A stretch of DNA of 43,789 bases from a virus, in the IMG/VR virus record IMGVR_UViG_3300037479_000281. One strand, written 5' to 3'. Positions 6,899-14,236 of the stretch are shown in pieces; within the stretch, counting starts at the first letter, position 1; each line of letters opens with the position of its first letter. Both the position numbers and the translations under genes were made by a program. The notes beneath the pieces are model-generated. The model saw nothing but the letters and a program-made list of their open reading frames with translations. It was not told the origin of the DNA and searched no databases.

Positions 6899-7728
6899 GA
6901 CTCCAGCCATCCTTTCACCGCCTTGGCCAGCGCGCGTCCCATCGGCAACGGCACTCCGTTGGCGACGGCCTTGAGCTTCGTGTCGGCGCGGAACGGCGCG
7001 TCGGCGAGGAAGTCCTCCGGCAGGCCCTGCAACCGGCAGGCGTCAGAGAGCTTGTAGCGGTGCATTCTGACCGCTGCGCCGCCGTCGCTCGATATCACAG
7101 TTCTCGCCTTCACCTTTCCGCTGCCGCCGAGCTTCACCGGCACGGCGCATTTGTCTGCGATGACGGATTGGCGCTTCGCGCGCCGCATCTCGGCCGATGG
7201 CCGCTTGTCGTGCTCTCCGGTGACAGCCGGTTCGCAATCCGGCAGCTCGAAGGTCGCCGTTTCGATCCAACGCCGCAGGTCAACCGGCGTCTCGCCGCGC
7301 ACGCCGAAGCAGAATCGGCGAGTCCGGCTTTGCTCCTGGCCGTAGCCGTCGCCGTCGTTTCCGGGGAGCCAGAGGTTGTTCAGCACGAAGGCATGGACGG
7401 AGTAGCCGGGGACGTTCGCAACCGGAGCCTGCGGCACGTTCTCCATCAGGAACCAGTCGGGATGCGCCTCCGACACGCAGCGCTCGAACTCAGGAATCAG
7501 ATTACCGAAGCGCGGCTCGTAGCCGTTGGCGCGCACGAGATGCGCGAGCGGCGAGAAGCTCTGGCAGGGCGGCCCGCCGATGACGCCTTCGAATCTGCCG
7601 CTCGGAGGATGGAAGTTGCGGATGTCGCCGCCCCAGAGAACGTCGGGCCCACGCACGACGCAGAACTCGAGCTCCTCGAACGCGCGGTCGAGGAGGCCAA
7701 TCCCTGGGAAGAGAGTCAGCACGAGCAT
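6895..7728 (-). CDS. DNA (cytosine-5)-methyltransferase
   Basis: Motif I is LFPGIGLLD (FxGxG), motif IV is GGPPCQSFS (the PCQ catalytic Cys) and motif VI is ENV. The start lies in a GTGATG overlap with the upstream stop. Confidence 0.9.
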   Translation of the reverse strand: MLVLTLFPGIGLLDRAFEELEFCVVRGPDVLWGGDIRNFHPPSGRFEGVIGGPPCQSFSPLAHLVRANGYEPRFGNLIPEFERCVSEAHPDWFLMENVPQAPVANVPGYSVHAFVLNNLWLPGNDGDGYGQEQSRTRRFCFGVRGETPVDLRRWIETATFELPDCEPAVTGEHDKRPSAEMRRAKRQSVIADKCAVPVKLGGSGKVKARTVISSDGGAAVRMHRYKLSDACRLQGLPEDFLADAPFRADTKLKAVANGVPLPMGRALAKAVKGWLES

Positions 7729-8009
7729 CACTCCGCTCCCCAGCTCCCGTCCTCGCTCCGTCGACCGCCCTCACACCGACCCCGATGGCGGCCGAGGTAC
7801 GCATCGATAGCAGCGGCGCCGAGGCCGGCGAAGAAAAGCAAGACAGCGAAGCCGACGGATCCGACCCAGATGGCTCGCTCGATTGCGCCGATCCCAGCCG
7901 GCACGCAGCCGTTGTCCTGCGCGCAGCCAGGCACGAAGAGAATGAGCCCGAGAAGAATGGCCATCGCCAGCGCGTCGATCAGCGTACAGAGCACTTCACG
8001 CGGGGTCAT
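7728..8009 (-). CDS. Small membrane protein with two predicted TM helices (93 aa)
   Basis: A GGAGGAGG RBS precedes the ATG at 8009. Hydrophobic segments are [17 protein letters not shown] and [20 protein letters not shown]. Confidence 0.55.
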   Translation of the reverse strand: MTPREVLCTLIDALAMAILLGLILFVPGCAQDNGCVPAGIGAIERAIWVGSVGFAVLLFFAGLGAAAIDAYLGRHRGRCEGGRRSEDGSWGAE

Positions 8010-8862
8010 GTGGCGCCTCCTCCGGCAGCGGATCTTCGGCCGCGCAGCGCCGCAGATCCGCCAACGCGCGCTCCGTCGTCGCAAAGAAATGCGGCGCCGG
8101 CTTGCCTGGTCGCGACGCGCGATAGATGAGCGTCCCGGCACGATGCGGGCCGACCTCTTTCTCTAGCGCCAGGCCGCGCTCGCCGGCGATGACGACAGCC
8201 CAGCCGGCGCGGCAATGCGTGGTGCCGCAATGCCCATCTCGATGCCACGTGGACATGTCGAGCGTGCCGCGCGCCTGATCGCCCTCGACAGCGGAGAGAA
8301 TCGCCGCATCGATGTGCGGAACGATTGGGACGTCGAGCGGCTTCGCGGTGACTTGTTGTGCGAAATCGGGCGGCAGACCTTTCGCGCCTGCCAAGTCCGC
8401 GCCGGCCAAGTACGCGTCGGCCAAGTCCGCGCCGGCCAAGTTCGCGCCGGCCAAGTACGCGCCGGCCAAGTCCGCGTCGGCCAAGTACGCGTCGGCCAAG
8501 TACGCGCGGGCCAAGTTCGCGTCGGCCAAGTCCGCGCCGGCCAAGTTCGCGCCGGCCAAGTACGCGCCGGCCAAGTCCGCGTCGGCCAAGTACGCGTCGG
8601 CCAAGTACGCGCGGGCCAAGTTCGCGTCGGCCAAGTCCGCGCGGGCCAAGTTCGCGCCGGCCAAGTCCGCGCGGGCCAAGTTCGCGCCGGCCAGGTACGC
8701 GCCGGCCAGGTACGCGCGGGCCAGGTTCGCGCACTGAGGCTCCGCATCGCCAGGGTTGTGATGCGGCTTGCTCCGGTCGCGCAGCCAGGCCTGATGCGGA
8801 GCGTACCAGGCGTGCTTCGTCAGGTGATCAGGGATAGGGCCGATGCAGAGGTTTTCGCTCAT
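7996..8862 (-). CDS. Pentapeptide-repeat protein with a Cys/His-containing C-terminal domain (288 aa)
   Basis: There are 23 consecutive A(D/N/Y)LA(G/R/D) pentapeptides. They are followed by a globular domain containing [18 protein letters not shown]. Confidence 0.9.
   Translation of the reverse strand: MSENLCIGPIPDHLTKHAWYAPHQAWLRDRSKPHHNPGDAEPQCANLARAYLAGAYLAGANLARADLAGANLARADLADANLARAYLADAYLADADLAGAYLAGANLAGADLADANLARAYLADAYLADADLAGAYLAGANLAGADLADAYLAGADLAGAKGLPPDFAQQVTAKPLDVPIVPHIDAAILSAVEGDQARGTLDMSTWHRDGHCGTTHCRAGWAVVIAGERGLALEKEVGPHRAGTLIYRASRPGKPAPHFFATTERALADLRRCAAEDPLPEEAPHDPA
8386..8730. repeat. 23 phased 15-bp tandem units, including a perfect 2 x 105-bp duplication at 8416..8625
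   Basis: Units of the form GYSKGCCARGTNCGC were counted directly. Units 3 to 9 (8416..8520) are identical to units 10 to 16 (8521..8625). Confidence 0.95.
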
Positions 8863-8865
8863 GAT

Positions 8866-9096
8866 CTACTCCGACGCCGACCGGATCTCCCAGTCGACGA
8901 TCTCCAGGCAGCCGACGAACCGCGCCTTTGTGGCGCCGTAGTCCTCGTCCGCTGCAACCGCTGTCGCGGGTATCGCTGTGTCGCCGCGGATCGTCGACTC
9001 GACGCCGTTCGAGTGCCGGACAACGCACGGGTGCTTCAGCGCGATGAACTGCTGTGGCGACAAGCGCAACGGCTCAGTTTTAGCCACCTTGGCCAC
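8866..9096 (-). CDS. Hypothetical protein (76 aa)
   Basis: Sense ORF with a GTG start and no clear RBS. Confidence 0.4.
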   Translation of the reverse strand: MAKVAKTEPLRLSPQQFIALKHPCVVRHSNGVESTIRGDTAIPATAVAADEDYGATKARFVGCLEIVDWEIRSASE

Positions 9097-9334
9097 CTAC
9101 TGGGGAATTTTCCCCACCTTCAGGAATGGCCCTGGAAGGCCCTGGAATCGATCCGGACGGCTGGATGGTGCCAGGAGCCGTGCCGGCAAGTTCGCGCGCA
9201 GCGCCGTGGCAGATAGCCGCCAGCTTTCGGCCTCGGCGAGAATTGGCCGGGATGCGCGCCTTCAGCTCCTTGCGTCCTCCCGGCCAGGCCAGGACCACGA
9301 GGAACGTTTTTTCGGCGACCTCGAACTCAGGCAT
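9080..9334 (-). CDS. Hypothetical protein (84 aa)
   Basis: A GGAGGAG RBS precedes the ATG at 9334. There is an 8-nt overlap with the upstream ORF. Confidence 0.4.
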   Translation of the reverse strand: MPEFEVAEKTFLVVLAWPGGRKELKARIPANSRRGRKLAAICHGAARELAGTAPGTIQPSGSIPGPSRAIPEGGENSPVGGQGG

Positions 9335-9476
9335 CTCGGGTCTCCTCCGGCACCAGCCGGCACGCGACCCACTCGCCGTCCGGCCAGGGCCACCAGCCAA
9401 AGGCTTCAACGAACGCAGGCAGCAGTATTTGCAACCGGCCGCCAAAGCCGTCGATCACTTGCACCCAGCCGTCCAT
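9327..9476 (-). CDS. Hypothetical Trp-rich small protein (49 aa)
   Basis: The ATG is at 9476 and the ORF is coupled to the downstream ORF. The RBS is weak. Confidence 0.3.
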   Translation of the reverse strand: MDGWVQVIDGFGGRLQILLPAFVEAFGWWPWPDGEWVACRLVPEETRDA

Positions 9477-9490
9477 GCACAGGATCGCTC

Positions 9491-9835
9491 TCACTTCGCC
9501 CCCCGGGCCGGCTCGGCCGGCGGCTGGTAGGCGCACCACTCGCACAGGTTAAACAAGAGCTGATAGAGCTGAGACTTGGCGAACTCGCTTTCGAAGACAT
9601 GATCCCGAATTTCGTCAAGCTCATCGGGCAGCTCAAGCCCGCGGAACCATGCGACGAAGCCTTCGTAATCGGCCCAACGCGCCGGATCGGCTGCCAGCTT
9701 CGCTGCCTCGTGGACCCATGGCCGGCGGTAGGGCATGCATTGCCATTCTGCCAGAACTGCTTCGGACTCGGGAATCTGGTCTTCTGTAGGCGCGTTGAGG
9801 ACTCTGGCGATGGCGCGAAGTTGCTCGGGGGTCAT
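9491..9835 (-). CDS. Hypothetical protein (114 aa)
   Basis: ATGA overlap with the upstream gene stop at 9832..9835. Confidence 0.6.
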   Translation of the reverse strand: MTPEQLRAIARVLNAPTEDQIPESEAVLAEWQCMPYRRPWVHEAAKLAADPARWADYEGFVAWFRGLELPDELDEIRDHVFESEFAKSQLYQLLFNLCEWCAYQPPAEPARGAK

Positions 9836-10515
9836 TGGGCCTCCTTGGCTTCCCGGGCGGCTTGGCGACGAAGGGTCATCGTCCACAACACCGCCAGGGC
9901 CTCGGCCTTTCGCCTTGGGTCCAGGAACTGGATCTCGCCGCACTTGATCCGCCGGATGTGCTCGTCCTTGTCGCAGGCCCCTGGCCGATAGCCGGTGATT
10001 TCGCCATCGGGATGGAACTTCATGCCCAGGAGCACGGCGTGGATGGTAGCGCTCTGGTAGAGTTTCAGCGGGAGCCAGCGGGCCTCGTTACTCTCGGCGG
10101 TCTCCTGCATGTCAGAAATCGTCCCATCGCGCTCTACCACCCAAGGTCGGCCGGTTTTGGTGGAGACAAAAACCCAAGCGCCGCTGCCCGTCGTCTCCTG
10201 CTCCATACGAGCCTCGATCGCAGCAAGCAGGCGCTTCTTGTCCGACCCCGGCCCCAAGGTCGGGCACTCGGCTTCCTTCTGCGCCTTGCGCTCGGCGATG
10301 TGCTTCTGGCACCACTTGCGGAGGTTCCGAGGCTTGGAGACGAAATCGGAGTTAGCCCTTGACTCGTAGAGTGCCAACTTGGCGGTCTCGAAGTAGAAAT
10401 CGCCAAGCTCTCTCATGAGCAGGCCCCAAATCGCCTCGGTGATCTTCCCTGGCCAGAGTTGCTCAGCCACAAGCCTAAGCGCTTCAAGCTGTTCCGTTGT
10501 CATCCTGTTTGCCAT
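9832..10515 (-). CDS. Hypothetical protein next to the DUF1376 gene, possibly replication-associated (227 aa)
   Basis: A GGAG lies 6 nt upstream of the ATG at 10515. The ORF overlaps the 3' end of the DUF1376 gene. Confidence 0.6.
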   Translation of the reverse strand: MANRMTTEQLEALRLVAEQLWPGKITEAIWGLLMRELGDFYFETAKLALYESRANSDFVSKPRNLRKWCQKHIAERKAQKEAECPTLGPGSDKKRLLAAIEARMEQETTGSGAWVFVSTKTGRPWVVERDGTISDMQETAESNEARWLPLKLYQSATIHAVLLGMKFHPDGEITGYRPGACDKDEHIRRIKCGEIQFLDPRRKAEALAVLWTMTLRRQAAREAKEAQ

Positions 10516-11332
10516 CAAAGTCTCCTCGAAGGGCTCGGCGGACGATCTCGTTCTCGGCCTCGGTGTCGCCTGGGATCTCGGCCGGCGTCCGGGCTCGTTG
10601 CAGCCAATGGGTCAGGCGCCGCCTTGCCTGGCCCTTGGTGCCCTTGAAAGCCCTGGTCCAGGCATCTAGGCTCGCCATGTCTGGGCGGAGCCGCTCAAGC
10701 ACGCCCCTGGCCTTCAGGGAGCCCAGGCCAAACTCGAACTGGAGGCGTTCGTAGATGCGTGCTTCTTCCGGCTCGGTCGGTGGGACGAAGGTCTTCAAGC
10801 CACTACTACCGCCGCCGGCAGGCTCTGGTAGTGGTAGTGGTAGTGGAGATGGAGATGGAGATGGAGATGGAGATGGAGATGGAGGGTTCAACGGCCGTTC
10901 AACAGAAACGGCAACGCCCGTTGAACCATCGTTCGAACGTAGCGTTGAACGGCCGTTCAGCTCCTGGCGAAGCCTCGAGCGTTCGGCGGCGGCATCGCGG
11001 CGGGCCTTGCCGGAGGCTTTCCCGGCTCGGATCTGCTGCTCGCGGTTCCTGTGGCCGTCCGCGATCTCGCGCTCCATGCGGTCATTGAAGAGGCGGCCGT
11101 CCTTGAGCTCGAAGAAGCTCCGGCACGGCGGCCAGTACCTCTCCCAAGCTTCAGGGTCCACGCCGCACAGGCGCCGAAGCGCTTCTGGTTCTGCGGGTAA
11201 GCCAGCGCCATTCATGTCAGCCTCGATCACCAGGGCGAGCAGGTAGATTCCTCGGCTGATCCCATCCAATTCGCGCACCCGCGTGGAGCCCAAAAAGTTA
11301 GGGACCCAGATGCGGACATACGGCAGTCCCAT
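10484..11332 (-). CDS. DUF1376-family phage replication-associated protein with a (PS)6(PL)3 linker
   Basis: The N-terminus (YVRIWVPNFLGSTRVRELDGISRGIYLLALVIEADMNGAGLP...LFNDRMEREI) fits the DUF1376 pattern as I remember it; this was not searched. Confidence 0.7.
   Translation of the reverse strand: MGLPYVRIWVPNFLGSTRVRELDGISRGIYLLALVIEADMNGAGLPAEPEALRRLCGVDPEAWERYWPPCRSFFELKDGRLFNDRMEREIADGHRNREQQIRAGKASGKARRDAAAERSRLRQELNGRSTLRSNDGSTGVAVSVERPLNPPSPSPSPSPSPSPLPLPLPEPAGGGSSGLKTFVPPTEPEEARIYERLQFEFGLGSLKARGVLERLRPDMASLDAWTRAFKGTKGQARRRLTHWLQRARTPAEIPGDTEAENEIVRRALRGDFDGKQDDNGTA
10827..10880. repeat. Hexanucleotide microsatellites (GGTAGT)3(GGAGAT)6
   Basis: Counted directly. They encode the PSPSPSPSPSPSPLPLPLP linker on the minus strand. 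Confidence 0.9.
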
Positions 11333-11515
11333 GCCGGTTTGCCTCTTTGCCGCCGGCCGAACCCAGCCGGCAGCTTTCTCTTCAAAAAGCCACCCCGAGC
11401 GTGAATGGCGTTCACTCTCGCAGGGCAGCGCCTGGGTAGGCGCCTTGGGCGGGATGCCCGGGGAGGCTTAAACTCGAATTTGGTAAGCCCTGAAAGGAAA
11501 CGCCATGCCTCCTTC

Positions 11516-11788
11516 CTACTCGATCTTCGGCCCGGGGTCAAGGGGGTTTTCGTCGTCCTTGGTCGAGTAAGTGACGCCGCAGCAGAACACGCGTTCGGGG
11601 ATCTGGTGCCACTGGCACAGCTCCCAGCCGTCCGGCAGCGCCTCATGGGGTTCAAGCCGCTCTTGCTGGCGAAACGCCTTCTCGCGTTCGCCGGGGCCAA
11701 ACTCGGCCAGGATGGGATCGACGTAGCGCCACTGGCCGCAAAGCGGGCAAAGCCACTTGTATGCTGGCAGCAGCTCGACTTGGTTCAT
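11516..11788 (-). CDS. Small zinc-ribbon protein (90 aa)
   Basis: CPLC and CC motifs are present. There is an ATGA overlap with the upstream 38-aa ORF. Confidence 0.6.
   Translation of the reverse strand: MNQVELLPAYKWLCPLCGQWRYVDPILAEFGPGEREKAFRQQERLEPHEALPDGWELCQWHQIPERVFCCGVTYSTKDDENPLDPGPKIE
11531..11548. repeat. 18-bp perfect repeat, copy A (CCCGGGGTCAAGGGGGTT)
   Basis: Identical to 11800..11817 in the same orientation. Confidence 0.9.
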
Positions 11789-11901
11789 TGCGATGGCCCC
11801 CCGGGGTCAAGGGGGTTCTGGGCGGGCGCCTCCCCCGGCCCGCGGCGACCGACCCGCAGGGCGTTGAGAGCCAGCCGCCCCGGGCGCGCCCGGCGGGTCA
11901 T
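11785..11901 (-). CDS. Small basic protein (38 aa)
   Basis: An AAGGAGG RBS lies 5 nt upstream of the ATG at 11901. The 3' end has an ATGA overlap with the next gene. Confidence 0.45.
   Translation of the reverse strand: MTRRARPGRLALNALRVGRRGPGEAPAQNPLDPGGPSQ
11800..11817. repeat. 18-bp perfect repeat, copy B
   Basis: Identical to 11531..11548. Confidence 0.9.
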
Positions 11902-11911
11902 GGACGCCTCC

Positions 11912-12463
11912 TTAACACGAGCACGAAAACGGCATCTCCGGCCACGAGCCTTCCTTGGGCTTGAACCCGGTGACCAGCTCGAAATCAGCCCAGAACTTCT
12001 CATCGAAGATGATCTCCTTATAGCTCTCGTTCGTGCCCATGTGAAACGCCTCGCCGCTTTCGCAGAATTCTGACAGCCGCTCGATGAACCCTTTGTAGCT
12101 CATGTCGCAGAGATCCGCCGCGCGCTCGAGATTGGCGCGGGCGACGCTCTTGGGGTCCGTCGGGACGATCGAGTCTTGCCGGCGCTGGAACTGCGGGTGT
12201 TGCCACTCGTGGCGCATGCCGGTAACGGTTCCGGGGAAGAGCACAAACCAGAACCTGTCGCCGGCAGGCACTGGATGGCTCAAGAATGGGTCAACGATTC
12301 CCAAGGCTCGATCGCCGGTGGCCGGCTCGAAGCTGCCGTCTTCTCGCATAGCGACCCGCTGGCTCGGGAAGAGTTGGACGGCTGCGGTGGCGGGCGCAAC
12401 GGCGATATGGATTGCGTCCTTCTCGGCTTGTTCTGTGATCAACGATCCAAGGTTCGGGTTCAC
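11912..12463 (-). CDS. Hypothetical protein (183 aa)
   Basis: A GGAGGTGG RBS lies 4 nt upstream of the GTG at 12463. The ORF track extends to 12559 with no better start. Confidence 0.55.
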   Translation of the reverse strand: MNPNLGSLITEQAEKDAIHIAVAPATAAVQLFPSQRVAMREDGSFEPATGDRALGIVDPFLSHPVPAGDRFWFVLFPGTVTGMRHEWQHPQFQRRQDSIVPTDPKSVARANLERAADLCDMSYKGFIERLSEFCESGEAFHMGTNESYKEIIFDEKFWADFELVTGFKPKEGSWPEMPFSCSC

Positions 12464-12500
12464 GGCGCCACCTCCTCGCGGCGGAGGATCCAGCGGGTTT

Positions 12501-12998
12501 TCATGCTTCGCACTCCCTCGTGTTCGCCGTGGTCGCCGCCGGGTCGGGGGAAGTCTCATTCGTCATGTCTATTGCGCCAGCGGCAGCTTCGGGTTTAGTG
12601 TAAACGTAGTATGATGGGCCACGGCCATCTTTTGGTATATCCTTGCGAACGACAACCAGTTTGCCGCATTCTCTGGCGTGTCTAAGTGTCTGGGCGATTT
12701 TGACCCGGATCGTATATTCGCACACGCCGAACGCGAGCAAGTCCACAACCTCCTTCGCGTGCTCAAGTTTCTCCCATATAGTCTTGCAGCTAATTTCTGT
12801 CTCGACGGTGTGGATTTCACGCTTGATGGCCCCTCTAAGGGGCCCATAGTCGGCGGTATTGTCTGGTGTTCTGTGCTTTGGCGTCGTGTTGCTCTGCTGG
12901 CGACTTGTGCCACAAAAAATAGCATCAATGATCTTGATTTGCTGGCGGTGCGTAGCTTCGAGTCCGCGCCGCAGCATCGTATATTCTTCGCTCGTCAT
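12501..12998 (-). CDS. Hypothetical protein, possibly winged-helix, on a low-GC island (165 aa)
   Basis: ATGA overlap with the RuvC-like gene stop. The region is visibly AT-richer than its flanks. The segment KLVVVRKDIPKDGRGPSYYVYT resembles a wing. Confidence 0.6.
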   Translation of the reverse strand: MTSEEYTMLRRGLEATHRQQIKIIDAIFCGTSRQQSNTTPKHRTPDNTADYGPLRGAIKREIHTVETEISCKTIWEKLEHAKEVVDLLAFGVCEYTIRVKIAQTLRHARECGKLVVVRKDIPKDGRGPSYYVYTKPEAAAGAIDMTNETSPDPAATTANTRECEA

Positions 12999-13510
12999 TG
13001 AGCGGCTCCAATTGCCGCCGGGTCCGCCACCCGGCTGGCCCAGTAGCGCCGCCGGCACAGCTCGGCCAGTAGCAGCGCGTCGGCCACGGCGTGGGTGATC
13101 TTGAGACCTGGGAATAGCTCTTGCGCGCGGCGCTTGGTGACGTTCTTGTCGCCGCGAGACAGGCAGCCCATCTCGCGCTGCCACTTCTGGGGGGGGATGT
13201 AGTCGCGCGAAACCTCCATTGCGGCGAAGAGCATCTGCACCTTGCCGAAGCTGGCGCCGAACTTGAAGCTTGACGTGACGCCCTGCTTGGGCATGGCGTG
13301 AACCGATTCGATGAGCGCCTTCGCCACCCAGTTATCGTCGCCATGTGTGTGTGGCTCGGCCATCACGCGCGAAGCGATCTCGTCGTCGCTATCCGATAAC
13401 AGGAACAGGCTCGGTTCTCCCTGCACATGTCCCCTGGAAGTGGTCCACAGCGCGGCGATCGCCCCGCTCGCCCCGGGGTCGACGCCGAAGAATAGATAGG
13501 GCGTGCTCAT
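12995..13510 (-). CDS. RuvC-like Holliday junction resolvase
   Basis: The N-terminus contains FGVDPGASGA (catalytic Asp motif), followed by SSFKFGASFG and a C-terminal THAVADALLLAE. There is an ATGA overlap upstream. Confidence 0.75.
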   Translation of the reverse strand: MSTPYLFFGVDPGASGAIAALWTTSRGHVQGEPSLFLLSDSDDEIASRVMAEPHTHGDDNWVAKALIESVHAMPKQGVTSSFKFGASFGKVQMLFAAMEVSRDYIPPQKWQREMGCLSRGDKNVTKRRAQELFPGLKITHAVADALLLAELCRRRYWASRVADPAAIGAAQ

Positions 13511-13866
13511 GTGCTCTCCTGCTTCTCTTTCGCCTGCGCCTCCCGCTCGGCCACCATCGCCGCGTGGGCCGCGTCGCGCCGGCCGCGCAGGGGTTCTTGA
13601 TTGCATGTTTCTGCGCAGGCCCAGCCTTTAAACCAGGTGCAGAAATGGCCGAGCTGCGTGACCCAGTGGCGGTATGTCCACCCCCGGCGCACCATCGCCA
13701 GCTCAAGCTCGTGCGCCCAAGCGCCATTACAGCAGAAGTCCGGCGCCTCGAGCTTCTCGTGGTCGCGCAGGTCCTCGCCCAGCCACTCGCGCAGCTCGCG
13801 GTTGAGCTCGTAGTCGGGCTCGCCTTGGTGCTCATAGGCCTCTGGCTTGGATATCGTCTTTGTCAT
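13507..13866 (-). CDS. Hypothetical protein (119 aa)
   Basis: An AAGGAAG RBS precedes the ATG at 13866. Confidence 0.55.
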   Translation of the reverse strand: MTKTISKPEAYEHQGEPDYELNRELREWLGEDLRDHEKLEAPDFCCNGAWAHELELAMVRRGWTYRHWVTQLGHFCTWFKGWACAETCNQEPLRGRRDAAHAAMVAEREAQAKEKQEST

Positions 13867-13976
13867 CTTCGCTTCCTTTGAAATCCCCCGGGGCGCGCCG
13901 TGAATGCACACACAGGCGGCCCCGGGGGCTGAACGAGGATTGCCAACTGGACACCGCTCTCCACCCTCTTCCAGGG

Positions 13977-14171
13977 TCAATAGGAATAGCCGCCAGTGCC
14001 CGATATTTGGCTCGCGCCGCAACTGATGGATGGCACCACAAAAACCGTCTTGGTTCCGCAAGCAGGGCAAGTGTGTTCATAAGTACCAGGCTCAAGCACT
14101 ATGTGGCTTGGTGGGTTATGCTCTGGATGGAAGCACGCCTTAGGGGCGTCGGCGATTTTCTTCAGCGGCAT
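13977..14171 (-). CDS. Small zinc-ribbon protein (64 aa)
   Basis: The ATG at 14171 lies after the terminator and an AAGGAT. A CPAC motif is present. Confidence 0.5.
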   Translation of the reverse strand: MPLKKIADAPKACFHPEHNPPSHIVLEPGTYEHTCPACGTKTVFVVPSISCGASQISGTGGYSY

Positions 14172-14183
14172 GGTTGTATCCTT

Positions 14184-14228
14184 AAAAAGCCCCGGCCGGG
14201 ACAAGAGGAAGCTGTAACCGGCCGGGGC
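14184..14228 (-). terminator. Rho-independent terminator or attenuator after the SSB gene
   Basis: On the minus strand there is an 11-bp stem (GCCCCGGCCGG / CCGGCCGGGGC, plus-strand 14218..14228 and 14189..14199) with an 18-nt loop, followed by TTTTT. Confidence 0.55.
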
Positions 14229-14236
14229 GGCGTTGC

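Noticed and set aside
8386-8730. A regular short-period repeat array that could be mistaken for a CRISPR array.
   Set aside because: The units are 15 bp, contiguous and have no spacers. They lie inside a coding sequence and translate to pentapeptide repeats. There are no cas genes.
8006-9216. Five long ORFs overlap the pentapeptide gene in other frames and strands (8006..8734, 8163..8747, 8215..9216, 8312..8737, 8358..8837).
   Set aside because: They exist only because the phased 15-bp repeat has no stop codon in any frame. Their products are low-complexity (RTWPA, GQVRA, AKSAP, RRPSP repeats). Only 7996..8862 has proper non-repeat N- and C-terminal domains and fits the operon strand.
11227-11700. 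A 157-aa minus-strand ORF covering the 183-bp intergenic gap.
   Set aside because: It overlaps both the 5' end of the DUF1376 gene and the 3' half of the zinc-ribbon gene out of frame. It is Arg-rich and has no RBS.
12463-12503. A 14-codon mini-ORF (MKTRWILRREEVAP) bridging the stop at 12501 and the GTG start at 12463 through ATGA and GTGA overlaps.
   Set aside because: The geometry is attractive, but the ORF is too short to support without ribosome data and may be coincidental in GC-rich sequence. It is mentioned only as context for the degenerate repeat copy.
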